64,000 nucleotides of DNA from assembly GCF_038025025.1 (NCBI RefSeq), contig NW_027117340.1, positions 2,356,001 through 2,420,000 of the forward strand, in the 5' to 3' direction. This DNA is from Phyllosticta citribraziliensis. Lineage: Eukaryota. The notes below the pieces were generated by a model that did no database searches, had not been told where the DNA came from, and saw only the letters and a list, made by a program, of their open reading frames with translations. A program made the translations under genes and the position numbers. This document shows, one piece after another, positions 21,391 to 36,429 of this stretch (positions are counted from its first letter, which is position 1; the number at the start of each line of letters is the position of its first letter).

Positions 21391-22836
21391 GCTAAATGTG
21401 ACCGAGCACTGGCGGTTGAGATGAAGTTGAGGCGAAGGTGGATGGAAATGTAAGAAGTGCGTGATTTGAGCAATATCGTTGAGCTGGTTTGGCGGAGACG
21501 TGCGTGTGAAAGCCTTGACTAGAACAGTCACCGGCGCACTGGTGCGCCGACGTGCCTTCCTCAATGGGCAGCGTTGCCACGTGTTGAGGCTACGGCCTGG
21601 CCTCGAAGATATAGAGAAGGTGCGCAAGGCTATCATTTCCGCCGATGACTGGAGGCCGAGGGAGAGACGCATGCCACGGGAGAGGGAGCCTCAATGCAGT
21701 CATGAAGTTGCAGACATGCAGGATTCATATCTTACAACAAACCAAACTAGGAGAGACAGCAGGTGATAAAAGGAATGGCCACACCATGAGTTCGTCGCCA
21801 GTCGGAAGGGTAGTCTCTGCCGTGGTGAATGTTCCCTAGGTCCAGCAGTGCCATTTCTTTCGATGAGTATGGAAGGCTTTGAAAGAGTGAGCTACGTAGG
21901 AGAGAGAGAAAACCCCCCCTCCCCCCGTAGTTCTGAGAAGACTTAAGAGAGGCAATGGAATCAATTTTGTGAAAAGGTATTTTATCCTATCGCTTGGGTC
22001 GACAAGAAAAGCAAATGAAAGACTGTGAGCGAGTCGCTAAACGGTAACTTCAGAGAAATGGACGAACGAGTGAGGATCTTTTTAATCATGACTGTTGATG
22101 ACATTACCGGCCTATGAAGAGTTTGAAGTCCGTAATGGCAGGATCCTAGCTTTGAGGCTAAGTATAGAGAAAGACATCATGGTGTCTTGCCTGCGGTATT
22201 GAATGTACTACCAATGTAACCGCAGGCATTGCCAGCCATCGTCAAAACAAAAGGCGGTGTCGGGTATCTAGTCACCACCTGAAGCTGGTGTACTGATGCA
22301 TTGGCAGAAGAACTGTTAAAAATGCACGAATCGGCTCGGGTGCATTGTGGCAAGGCGAGGATGAGGCGGGAGCTTGCCACAATAGCGCCGAACGGGTCGG
22401 GTCCCAAAACAAAAGGCCGTACGTCTAGTCGAGAGTCACGATGGCGTTGGCGGCGAAGGCAGTAGCATTGGAGTTGGGGGCGACAGGCGAGCGGGAAGAG
22501 GACAGCTGTTGTTGGGTTAGAAATCGTCGCTGGGCGGGTCTGCGCGCTTCGACGTGGTTCTGGGGGTGAGGAGCACGCTTTCGGCCTAGCTCCGGAGAAA
22601 GGTGCGAAGCTTGGGCCTGGCGGACGCTCGCAACTAACATCATCGCCAGCTTTGCCTCGCGTCTCCTACTCATAACCTCCTCCACTCCCCAACACCCCGA
22701 CCCTCCATCTTCAAACCCCATCTCACTCGCGCCCGTCCAACAACCGCACTTGCATCTACCATCTCCCGCCGCATTCAGGCCCGCTCGCTCACCCGCTCTC
22801 TCTACATCCACTCCCGCCTTCTAAGCTGTCCCGACC

Positions 22837-25561
<2,725 letters not shown>

Positions 25562-27798
25562 AAGTCGGAAGCTTTTGATTTGTTCAGAGATGGCTAAGAG
25601 GATGGCGTGGTTTCCTTTATGATAATGGTTGCATGAAGTGGGGACTTACAAATTTCCTCTGGTCCTCGGGGTCGGTGTCTGTTCGTGGCCATCGTCGTCT
25701 TGGGAGGTTGCTGGTACTTGATTTTCCAAACGGCGAAATTCACAAATTTCCAACTTCCCTCCCCCCCGACTGCCCGTCATAGATCAGGTGTTGCTTTTTC
25801 TCCCCTTCACAAGGTCGATTCGTGCTATTTTCTTTTTTCCACTCCACCACCCCATCCATCTGCGCTGCTTGCTTATTTTCTTTTTCTGTGCTTTTACCCC
25901 CCTCGCCCCAGTGGTTTGCGTGCGCCCCCCATCGATTCTCTTGCTGGCTGGTTCGACGAGATAGGCTAGGATAGTCTCTAGCTAGTACCCGCCCGCTCCC
26001 ACTCTGGCGGGTAAAAGAATGAAAGCACACCAATACCACGCTTATCAAATTTGCTAAGTTTGTGATTTGTTTTTGCTTTGTTGTGCTTATTCCTTGTTGG
26101 GCTCGTCGCCATCGGTGGATTTGGGAGTCGCGTTGAGCTTCTTCACGTTCCACAGACAGCTTTACTTTGTCGCTGGTGGGCTCGATATCTCGTGAGCCGG
26201 AGTCCTTGTCTAGTTGTATTGTGATTTCGATGTTGCGAGTAATGTCGAAACTGGCGTCGTAACCGCCATTTCTTGCTCATTCGTTACATAGATTGAAACT
26301 GTTGGAACAATTCTACTCGCCTCGACCGACGACGCCTGCCTGCCTCTTGCCTTCCTCGCCCGCTCGCTTGCTTCCGCGTCGTATCTATCCACGTGTCTGG
26401 CTAGCTCTTTTTCTACTCAAGTCACCAAGAAGAGCAGAGCGCGTCGCCATTATAGCACACAGGCCAGGCTCGCGGCGGTGGCGGCGGCGGCGGCGTCGCG
26501 TTGCGATGTGGTGGTGTGATATGGTGTGGCAAAGACGAACGAGAAGAAAAGCCCGCAAGCAATGGGGTGGCTGGCGACTGAGATATCAGGATGCTGGACA
26601 CACGAAACGAAGAGCGGAAAGACAAGACAAACGTGCTATGGGTTGTGAAAGCTTTGGGTCTGCGTACGGGCAAGCGGGAACGGTTGGACGGGCATATGTG
26701 GAGAGCGAGCGGGATGAGAGGCGGGGGCCATGCGGAGAGGCAGGGTAGTACATCACTTGGGATTTCTGTGGACTGATGTGTTGTGGCGGATGCCAATCAC
26801 ACAGTTTTCAGACAGAGAAGGACCAGGATGAATGTTTTGATGTGATTCTTGGTAAGATGGACTACCAAAGGTACTTGTACCTGTGAGTGCGGCCTTTGCT
26901 CTTCATGCAAACGCTCGTCGTGCTGCCGTCATTCTGCCCAACCCAGGAAACATTCTTATTGATGGCAGTCCTGTTGTCTCATGGCGCTTCACTGGTAGTG
27001 TCCATATCAAGAGGCCAATACAGAAGAGCATATTGCCGCCGTCTCGTATTCGAAGCAAAGGTCAGGCTAGTTCCATAGTAAGCAAGGAGCATTCGAGTCT
27101 CCATGCGCAGCAACAGACCTCATCGGACTAGCCGCTGAGAGGCGGGCAGGGGCTGAGCGCTGCTGCGCGCCAAGAAGGGCCTGGACGTTGGCGTCATGGC
27201 CTGGCTGGTGGACAAGGCGCGCAACGTGGGAGCGGTGCGTGCCGCCGCTGCCGTCACGGCGGGAGGCTTCAAATTGGATGGGGGCGGGTGGCGTTTCCAG
27301 GGCGCAATCTTAATCTTCGAGAAGCCTTCTTCGTTGCCAATCGAAGTGGGCTGGACAAGGTCTGGGTGGCGTTTGACAACCGGCGAGGGCGAAAGAGAAG
27401 GTGCAGATTCGGAGGTTGGTGCGCCGACGGAGCGTCTGGATTCGGAGAGCGTCCCCTACAATGACGGATTGTTCGGGCCCAGACGGACCTGGATGGTCGT
27501 TTTTGGTTTGATTTGCTCATTCGCCATGATTTGCAGCAGTGGCAGGCATTGGTTCAATCTCTAGTTTTTTGATTGGAGGAACGTTGGCGATGACCGTTGG
27601 AGGGCAATGGAGTATGAGTCGACGTTGGTGGTGTTTGGGGTGTCCCTGCTCCTTGTGGCGCGGGGCTAATTGGCCGCCAGTCGAGTCGCATGGTTTCTTG
27701 ACGCGTGCAACTTTTGAAGTCGTCGAGCATGTGAGAATGCGCCCGGATTGAACATGACCTGGGTTTTTGTCGCAGCGCACTGACAACGGCAGGGTCGT

Positions 27799-28233
27799 TC
27801 AGTCAAAGCTGATGTCGCAAACGCGCTCAATCTCTTTTCTGACAGCCCTGATTCCTTCCCGCACAGCCCTATCTGGGACTTTGATGTCGACGCCACTTCC
27901 GTTCTTCGACGATGTCCCATTGACAGCACCGTCACCGTTTGCGCTGTCCTTGTCTTTATCTTTGTTGTCGGTCGCGGCGTCTCCTGGACGGCACTCGGCC
28001 ATGACGCGTGCCATCAGCTCCTCGTAGGTGGTGCATTCGCCGTCGCGCAGGAGCTTGAGCACGTAGGAGTGCAGATTGTGTGTCCATCCCGACTCTTGCA
28101 GGGACTGCTGCAGGGCCGATTGTATGCGGGGGATGGCGTTGGCTGAGAGTAGAGCGGAGGTCAGGGCGGCCTGAGTGGCGGGATTGAGAGTGGTGGCAGA
28201 CGAGGAGACGGTCACGGGAGTCGCGGAAGGCAT
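27799..28233 (-). CDS. sus1: SAGA/TREX-2 subunit Sus1 (ENY2/e(y)2 family)
   Basis: LQQSLQESGWTHNL, TYEELMARV and VPDRAVREGIRAVRKEI follow the EnY2 pattern. Confidence 0.75.
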   Translation of the reverse strand: MPSATPVTVSSSATTLNPATQAALTSALLSANAIPRIQSALQQSLQESGWTHNLHSYVLKLLRDGECTTYEELMARVMAECRPGDAATDNKDKDKDSANGDGAVNGTSSKNGSGVDIKVPDRAVREGIRAVRKEIERVCDISFD

Positions 28234-29116
28234 GTCGGGCAGAAATTTTGCTCGGGGCGGAAATCTCCACGCGGTGACGATGTCGAGGGAGGTGGTGGTG
28301 ATGAAGTTGGCTCGGAAGAGACGGTTGATGAGGACTAGTCGCGGCTACAGGTGGGACCCGAAATGAGATGGGCGGGACGTGCTCTGCGAGATCTGAGGAC
28401 GAAAATATTGAATCTCGGGTGAATGGCGACGAATGCGGGCGTAAGACGACTGAAAGCGATGGAGGACCGAGCAGAGCAGCGCAGAGCAGATGGGGAGTGA
28501 GTTGGCCGGGCTGACTAAGAGGGTGGGTGGATGGGCGGGAGTGGTGCTAAGCTTTGGCGCGAGAGTCGATGATGATGATGATGATGATGAAAGGCAGAGG
28601 CAGAAGCAGAGGAAGAGACAGGCGGATGGGACTGATCAAGAGGGACGGTAGAGGATGATCCGCACGGTTGTGGTCGTGGCCTTGGACTTGGTTGACTTGC
28701 ATTGCTCCCCTGACGCCCGAGGCCCCGTTACTATGAATGGATGCAGTGACCTCGCGAACCGCCGCGTGCCACTGCCACCTACCTTGCCTTGCCTTGACTG
28801 AGGTGAACTCCTCCTCAACCACCACCCACCACCCACCACCCACCACGGCCATCTCGACAGCGACGTCTGCCCACCCTGCGCGTGCCTTGGCACATCCCAA
28901 GACAAGACCCGTTCCTCACTCAACCTGACACTCACAGGCTCAATCTCGCTTCTGTCTCAGCAGGGTTGCTGCCGCCTTGTAACTGCCTGTCCAGTCCGGT
29001 GGCCTTCGCTCTCTCGACAAAGACTCTCCACAATCTGCCTTACAGGGCCTAGAAGCCCCAATCCCGACTGTACCTTGGCTCCCTCGAAATCCACTGCTGC
29101 TGCTGTTGCTGCCACC

Positions 29117-29146
29117 GCTACCGCTACCGCTACCGCTACCGCTACC
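29117..29146. repeat. (GCTACC)5 microsatellite upstream of ste50
   Basis: Read directly from the sequence. Confidence 0.9.
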
Positions 29147-29340
29147 GCTGCTGCGCAGCTTGCTCCGCCGCCCGCCTTCCTACCGCGACCAACCACAAAC
29201 ACCGACAACACTGCTCCGCCCAACCTCCCGCAACCACCTCCACCATCGCAACGCGCCCGCTGCGCCGCCATTGCCCCTCTCCTCGACCCCATCGCATCCC
29301 CGCAGTCGATGCGCCTGCCCTCTGCGCACTCTTGCGTACC

Positions 29341-30925
29341 ATGGCAACCTACCGAACATATCAAGAGGACTCGGACGCCGATGACGAGTATGAGCGCAGC
29401 GTCATCACCTCTCCCACTCTGCCACCGGACTGCGAGACCAGCCCCACAGACTCGGAGCCTCCCTCCGCCGAACACACCCCAACCACCTTCACTCATTCGG
29501 CCGACAGCTACGTCAGTCCCAAGGGTGTCATAACAACGTGGACCTCGGAACAAGTGGCGGATTGGATATCAAACCTGGGCCTGAGCCAGTATGCTGTAAC
29601 TTTTCTGGGTGCGTATGCTCTGCGTGGAGCCGCCGTGGACCTTTGCTGACGCCGACCAGACGAGAACGTGGACGGAGACGCCCTTGTCGCTTTGCAGCAC
29701 GCAGACCTGAAAGAGCTGGGCATTTCGAGCGTGGGTCACCGTTTAACTGTGCTGAAGGGTGTATACGACGTCAAGGTCAAGCAAAATGTTCCGCTGGATC
29801 CCGACCACTATGTGCCTCTGTGTTGGTCTTCCCTTCCCACGAACGCGTTCAAGACTAACCAAAACAGCCGCCGAAACACAGGCACAGGAAACCGCCCCCA
29901 CGCAAGACGACATTGCGCGCATCATTGAGATTATAAAAGACAGAGACGACCGCATTCGTTTGGCAGAACACGAACTCCGGTCTATGAGGGACGACCTGAG
30001 CAAGATGGCAGAGGAAAATCGAAAACTACGCGAAGACGTCTTGCCAATGGTTCGGGAGGCCAAGAACCGATCACAGCCGCTGCCGACCCCGGACGCGCAA
30101 GAGAGAGACAACCACCATGGATCGCCTCCCGAACGTTCAGGTAGCACACTGTCTCGCAAGTTCTCCACGAAGAAACTCTTTCTCGGCTCGGCGCCAAAGA
30201 ACCCATCGCCAACAATCCACGAAGGGCGGACGCTAGCTGATACGTCCAACCTCGACCCCTCAGCTGCTGCCATGGCAGCTTCCAACCACCTCACGGCATC
30301 TCTGAACAACAACACCCTCACAGGATCCACGCTCAACGCCTCCCCACAACCACCACAACCATCTCCTACCTCGCCCGCATACAGCACACATGCCGCTTCC
30401 CGGTCTCGAAGAGATCATGGCGACGACGGCAGCTCCTACTATGAGCGTGATGCCACACTAGCAACACGGTCAGGCTCGCGCAGAGAACGAGATCGCGATC
30501 GTGAACGGGGCGACGGCAATGAACCTCTTTCTGCTGGCCGCAATCCCGAGACTGCCTCGCTGGCCCCTTCGACCGCTGGCACCTCCAACAACCCCCAAGT
30601 CGAAATCTTCAAATCTTTCCGCGTCAGCATTGATGATCCTTGCCACAAAGTCCTTCCGGTCGCTCTCAAGAAGTACAACATCACAGCAGACTGGCGGCAA
30701 TATGCGTTATACATTGTCCATGGCGATCAGGAGCGTTGCTTGGGGCTTAATGAAAAGCCGTTGATACTATTCAAACAGCTAGACCGCGATGGCCGAAAAC
30801 CGATGTTTATGCTGAGAAAGCACGCTGCACCAATCGAAGGCCACTCGAGCACAATCAATCCCGGTGGACCTGGAGGGTACGGGGCGCAAGGCGTGGCCGA
30901 AGGGCTCCCAGGCGGCGTGTTATAA
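29341..30925 (+). CDS. ste50: MAPKKK cascade adaptor Ste50 (SAM plus RA domains); 3 exons (29341-29608, 29660-29821, 29868-30925)
   Basis: SAM domain WTSEQVADWISNLGLSQYA..F.DENVDGDAL..LKELGISSVGHRLTVLK; RA domain FKSFRVSIDDPCHKVLPVALKKYNI..DWRQYALYI..KPMFMLR; C-terminal PGGVL. Confidence 0.95.
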
Positions 30926-32384
30926 AACAAGAGGGCCAGGAAAGTGTCAATCATAGCATGCAGGAAGACTCGTTCGTCCGTCTGAAAAATACGACGGCGT
31001 CAATGGACATGTTGGTGTGAGGAGAATCATCGACGCCGCTCATGGCTCATGTCCTCGCCGCATCAAACATACGTCCAGGATCTCTTCCCACGGCTCTCCT
31101 GCAGCGCTCCAGGCACGCTCAAGCATACCCAAACGCTCTTCTCTATCCGCGCCTCAGATCGAACATGTGGTTCGCGAAGGACTTCAATGCTACAAGTCGG
31201 GCGGTGACTTCCCCATTTCCCACTTCCATTCGGCTTGCGCATCCCACTGGTGCTCTCGACCAAGAACCGCAGCCATTTCTTCTTCTTATTCGAAATTTCA
31301 ATCATGTGCGACGGCCTCCCCTGCATCTTCTTGTGGCGTCTCTGCATACATCTCTCCTTCACTACGCTGCGCGCGCCCACTAAACTTGGGTGTACGCCTG
31401 CGATATCATTGCCGGATTCTCTTATTGCGACGCCTGTCGCCGTCTTTCTATAACTCTTCTCCCTCTTCCTCTCCGCCTCCGCCCATCAAATCTATTTGCA
31501 CCTTCGACTGCATTTCCGAGAGGAGTTGCTCGCCAGGTTAACCTCATACCTGACATTGTCACTTTTCTACCCTAGGTTGCCGTTGTGTGTTGGTTGAACC
31601 TACCCGCCGCGGCCGCCATTTGGCGAGAAATCCAAGGCCAAGGTCTCCCACACTTCATCAATCCACTGGCTTTTCATGGTCATTTTCAAGACACTTACAG
31701 CTTGCAAGTTAGTCCTGGCCTTTTGCATCACTATATGGGGTTGGGGAAGCAAAAGATTCGTACGACAAGCGTGTGTGGCGGGAGAAGCAGGACAAAGTCT
31801 ACCGTGAGCCGGAAGCGAGAGAGAACGAGGGATTCGCAGGTGTCCCCGTTGTCTTTTGCGCTCTCCTTCGCCTTGCCATCTACCTTGGGTTTGCTTCTCT
31901 TGCCCGCCGTCTCATCATCATCATCACCATCATCTCTTCATCTTCTCGTCTCTGGACTCTGTTGATCTTTCTTCTTTGATCTTTCTTGAATCATTCCCCG
32001 CCATCTTGTGGCTTCTTCCTCCTCCTCTTGGTCGCCTTTTTGCTTGTGGGTTGGTGAATGCCTTTCTCTTGCTTCTCTCACGTTTTCTATCTTCCCTTTT
32101 TTTCAATCTTCTTTAGTTTTTACTCTTGGCTTCTTCCCATGCGCTTTGCTTTGCTTTTTTCTCATCGGGACGGGTGCTCAAAAGTTGGGTCGGTCGGTCG
32201 GGTCGGTCGGTTGGTTGTTGGTCGGATCGGCTAGGTTGGGTGGGTGGGGTAGGTGATGCCCACGGTGGGAAGAGCAGAAGAAGAAGAAGCTGAAGCTTTG
32301 CAAACAACATGGATGGCGCGAGTAGAGGTCGAATCCATCGGTCGGTCGGTCGGTCGATCAATAGTAGTAGTAGCTGCACTGCAC

Positions 32385-32387
<3 letters not shown>

Positions 32388-32416
<29 letters not shown>
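32388..32416. repeat. (CA)14 microsatellite
   Basis: Read directly from the sequence. Confidence 0.95.
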
Positions 32417-32418
<2 letters not shown>

Positions 32419-32930
32419 GAAAATGGACCAGAGATCCGTTTGGTCCCCCTTTTTTTCCCTGTCGTATCGTATCCATGTAGCTTCGCGGACAGTTGTATTT
32501 GCATGCATGCATGGGCAGAGGTGGCGTGGCGGCGTACTGTATCACATATGTATGTAGCATGTGCGCCTGGCTTTTATGAAGCTGGATGAAAAAGATGATT
32601 ATGAGGCCCATTTCTCTCTTCCTCTTCACAAACAGATCAGTGACGCGACAAATGACTAGGCCCTGCCATGCCCTGTCATGCCATGCCATGCAATGACGAT
32701 GCTGCTGCCGCATGTGGCTGCCTGGGTCAGCTGCTTCTGAGAACGCACGGAATTGCAATCATCTCAGCGAAAGGATGGATGCATGCATGGACAGATGGAT
32801 GGCCATCGTCATTTGATTTTGGCAGCCGACGTGGGGACGTTGATAAAAGACTCAGCAGAGGACGAGGGCGGCGTGAATTTGATGAGGTCAACGCGGTCTG
32901 CTCGCCGCTGGATCAGGGCAGACAGACGTC

Positions 32931-32972
32931 GCGATGCGATGCGATGCGATGCGATGCGATGAGATGCGATGC
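32931..32972. repeat. (GCGAT)8 pentanucleotide repeat, one unit imperfect
   Basis: Read directly from the sequence. Confidence 0.92.
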
Positions 32973-33786
32973 TGTCGAACGAGCACAGTTCAAGCAGATG
33001 GACGAGCAAGTAGAGAGTAGTAGATAGTAAAGGTAGTTGATATATCGACATTTGCAGTTAGCAGAAAGGTGATGATTGTAATCACGACGTGGAGAGGGAT
33101 GGGGAGCGAGCGAGCGCAGGGTGCCAGAAAGACCCAATTACCAAGCAGGTCGCTTGCTCACTCGTTGGCTCTGCCTCCTCCTCCACCTCTCCTTGTCTAT
33201 ATCGATCCTCACCATCACCACTAACACCTCCGCTTCCGCGTCAAGACTCGCCTCTTCCTCTTGTCCGTCGACCCGTCTCCTCTCGTTTCATCATCGCTCT
33301 CTCCGTCTTCCAGCGGCTCAAGCGAGTCCTTCGGGCGACTTCTTCTAGCGTGTTCATCGCACATTGCTTCATCCTTACTCGGCGCAATCAAATAAATAAT
33401 GCAAGACAGATTAAAAAGAAGAGAGACAGAAAGATGACCGACTTGCAGGCTTCGATGCCCGCCCAGCACGTACGCCCAAGGAAAGTTGATGCGACGAAAT
33501 CTTATCGAAAGGGGAAAAAGGAGGGAGTGGTTGCCCAGTCGGGAACGGTCTGGCACCAATTAGGAGTTGTGTATGAGAGAAAAGTAGGAGAGATTGGTGG
33601 AAAGATGCAGGGAAAGATAAAAGGGAACGTCTTGTGGTATCACGCGAAACAATATGAACCGGCCGGCCAAACCTAGAAAATGAAAACAGCGGGAAAGGGG
33701 CAGATGGCTTGTCGTAACTGGAGAATAACGCCCAATCGTCTCAACGCAGCGCAATTGCAAGTGCATGGACCGAGTCCGCCTCGGTT

Positions 33787-34927
33787 TTAGTAGCCGTGCA
33801 TGCTATAGTACGACTGGCGGTTACCACCAGTATGATAAATGGAGCCGGAATCGAGATCCACGCGACCATCGTTGAAGGCGGCCGTCTCAGGCGGAGGGAG
33901 AAGTTCTTTGACTTCCCAGTTGTGTGCTTTGATGCCGACGCTGAATTCGAGATCTTCTTTTGTGATTGAATCCCAGTACTAATTTTCACGTGTCAGCAGG
34001 GTCGGCGAGCTATTTTTGGTAGGGCGAACTTGCCTTGTAGACCATCATGACGCCAAGGAGGTTGCAGATGGTCGCGAAAAACAGACCGTCGAGGTAGTGT
34101 GCCACGTTGTCGCAAATGGTAGAGCTGAACGTGTAGAGAATGACCTGGCCAATGACGAAGAAGAAGACGCCAAAGATGATGTGGCTGAGCGGCCAACGGT
34201 CCTCGAGCGTGTTCAGTACCAGCATGAGTTGCATGACCAGGTACACAAAGATGAAAATGGCGTTGAAGAGGTACAGCACGACGAACATGCCGGTCGTGTT
34301 CTCAGGGCCCAGTCCTGCCCACTCTTTGAATGTGAGGAGCGACACGATGAAGGACACGCTGCCAAAGACGAGAGAAAATGCGCGCAGCAGCCATACTGAG
34401 AGCCGTGTGCCGTCTTCGTATAGTTGGAATCCGACGAATCCGTTGACAAAGAGGCACATGCACAGCGCAGAAGAAAAGCCGTTTTGCGCAGCGGCAAAGT
34501 ATGGAAAGGCACCGCTGCCTGGCGGTACGACGCCTGCGTCCAGGAGAAGCGACAGGATGGTGAGCACCATGTAAATGTAGAAGAAGGTGGTGATTTCTTT
34601 GCGGCCTGTTGCGTTGTTACCGCGGTTAGCATTGTGACGTGGCTATGGAACAGGGTCTCGAGGGTCTCCAAGGGGGGTCAACATACCAACAGCTGTAAAC
34701 TTTGAGCGCACATGGACGATCATGATGGTCGTCATGATGAGCGCAAGGATATGCATGAAATCGGCCGCCGTCTCAAAGATGAGGGTATTGGCCAGCTCGA
34801 TCGTCCGCGCATAGCACTTTGGCTGGATTCCATGGCCGTCGAAGGAGATGTTCGAGGGTGGGCCGACGAGGATGCACAACGGTATAGGTGCCTGTTCGCA
34901 TAACGAGTCGAAGTCGCCGAAGCCCAT
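33787..34927 (-). CDS. chs7: Chitin synthase export chaperone Chs7; 3 exons (34927-34687, 34605-34034, 33978-33787)
   Basis: [76 protein letters not shown]. The second intron needs a GC donor. Confidence 0.95.
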
Positions 34928-36429
34928 GCTGGCGACAGCTGAGTGTTTCTTCTTGCCGCTACGGGTACTGCCGCCCGGTTCCGTGTCGTCGCGGTGATGT
35001 CGCTCTGTCGTCTGTCTCGTATGGCGACAGCGGACAAGGGTGTTTGGTCGAGGGATGTGAGGCGCGCGCAAGGGACGGTGACGGGGTCTCGGCAGCGATG
35101 GGGCTCGGCGGCGAACAACGAACGAGAGTTGTGTAGCGAATGGCAGCGGCGGCGATGAGAGCGACGAGGTGGGCCGAGGTGATGCAGGTGTTGGAGTGCA
35201 AGAAGAAGTGAGAACGGTGTTGGGTTCGACGAAGATTGGCGTGCAAGCCGGTCGGGCGCTGAGAGCGCGGCTGGGCAGCCCTGTCCTATTGTGGGGGCCC
35301 GCAGAAAGTCGTGGCAGGAAAGATCAACACACGGGTCTCCCGTCGCTCCTAGTCCTGGTCGTCACCCCGCAACCCATCGCTACCTACCTAGAGGTACTCC
35401 ACTACTCCGCGTCTGGAAAAGAAAAGAAGAAGAGGATTCAGACTCGACACTTGTCGCTTGTCTCGGTCTCACCCGCATGTCTCACTCCCGCGCTGACTCC
35501 GCTGTCACGTCTTCACTGTCCAATGCCAAGTGGCGCCGCCAATTTCAGTCAATCCACTGCGCTGCAACCGAGCCAAACACGGCGCGTCGACGCTTGCAAC
35601 CTCAGGTCACGTTATATCGCTAGAGTCACTCGCTCAACCATGGATGAGCACATGATGATTCTCACTAATCGCAATCATACTTGTACAAAATACAAGACCC
35701 AAAGAGCGCATTACATCCTTCATGACCCATTCTCAGAGCAAAAAACAGGGCAGTGGTAAGGCAACAAACGCTCTGGGACTCTCCAATGTCAAGCACGCAG
35801 CAGAAACGAATTGGTATATCATAGTCCATGGACACCAAGAAAGCAAGAAAGCGATGGGAGTCGGTATTAATGATGAGGACCAGAATTGAAGGCAAGGAAA
35901 GGAACAAAGAATACAAAATCCAAAGCAAAAAAAGGAAAAGAGCAAAGACCCAAAAGACCGGGGGGGAAATAGTACCAACACTTGTGCGGGTCCAGCCGAC
36001 AGATTTGTACGCTCACCGAGGAATCGCGACAGAGGTGTCGATCCGAGGATAGGAGAGAAGATGTAAGAGAAAAAAAAGGGAGCCGCAGCTCGGAGAGGTA
36101 CACTGAGCGAGCCCACACCCAAGCCAGCCCAATCCAACCTTGTGTTCGCCGAATCCCCCAGGTTTTGGGCAACGAGATTATCAAGGTATCTCGGCTAATG
36201 AAAAACCCACTCCCAGTGATGCGAATCCGGAAAATGCAAACGACTCCGAGCAAAGCAAAGCATAAAATCATGTGGAAAACGAAAAATCACAAACTGTGTA
36301 AACATGCCCCTACGGGATAATCGGAGAGGAGATGATGGAGAGAAGAACAAGGAAACCCGTCTCAATCTACTTGGGCGTCAGGCGAAAGGTGTAATGAATC
36401 GTGAAAATCGTTACAAGGAGATGGGCGCG

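Noticed and set aside
25562..27798. Hidden gene between cdc48 and sus1
   Set aside because: Only short ORFs interrupted by stops or starting at non-ATG codons; no motif found.
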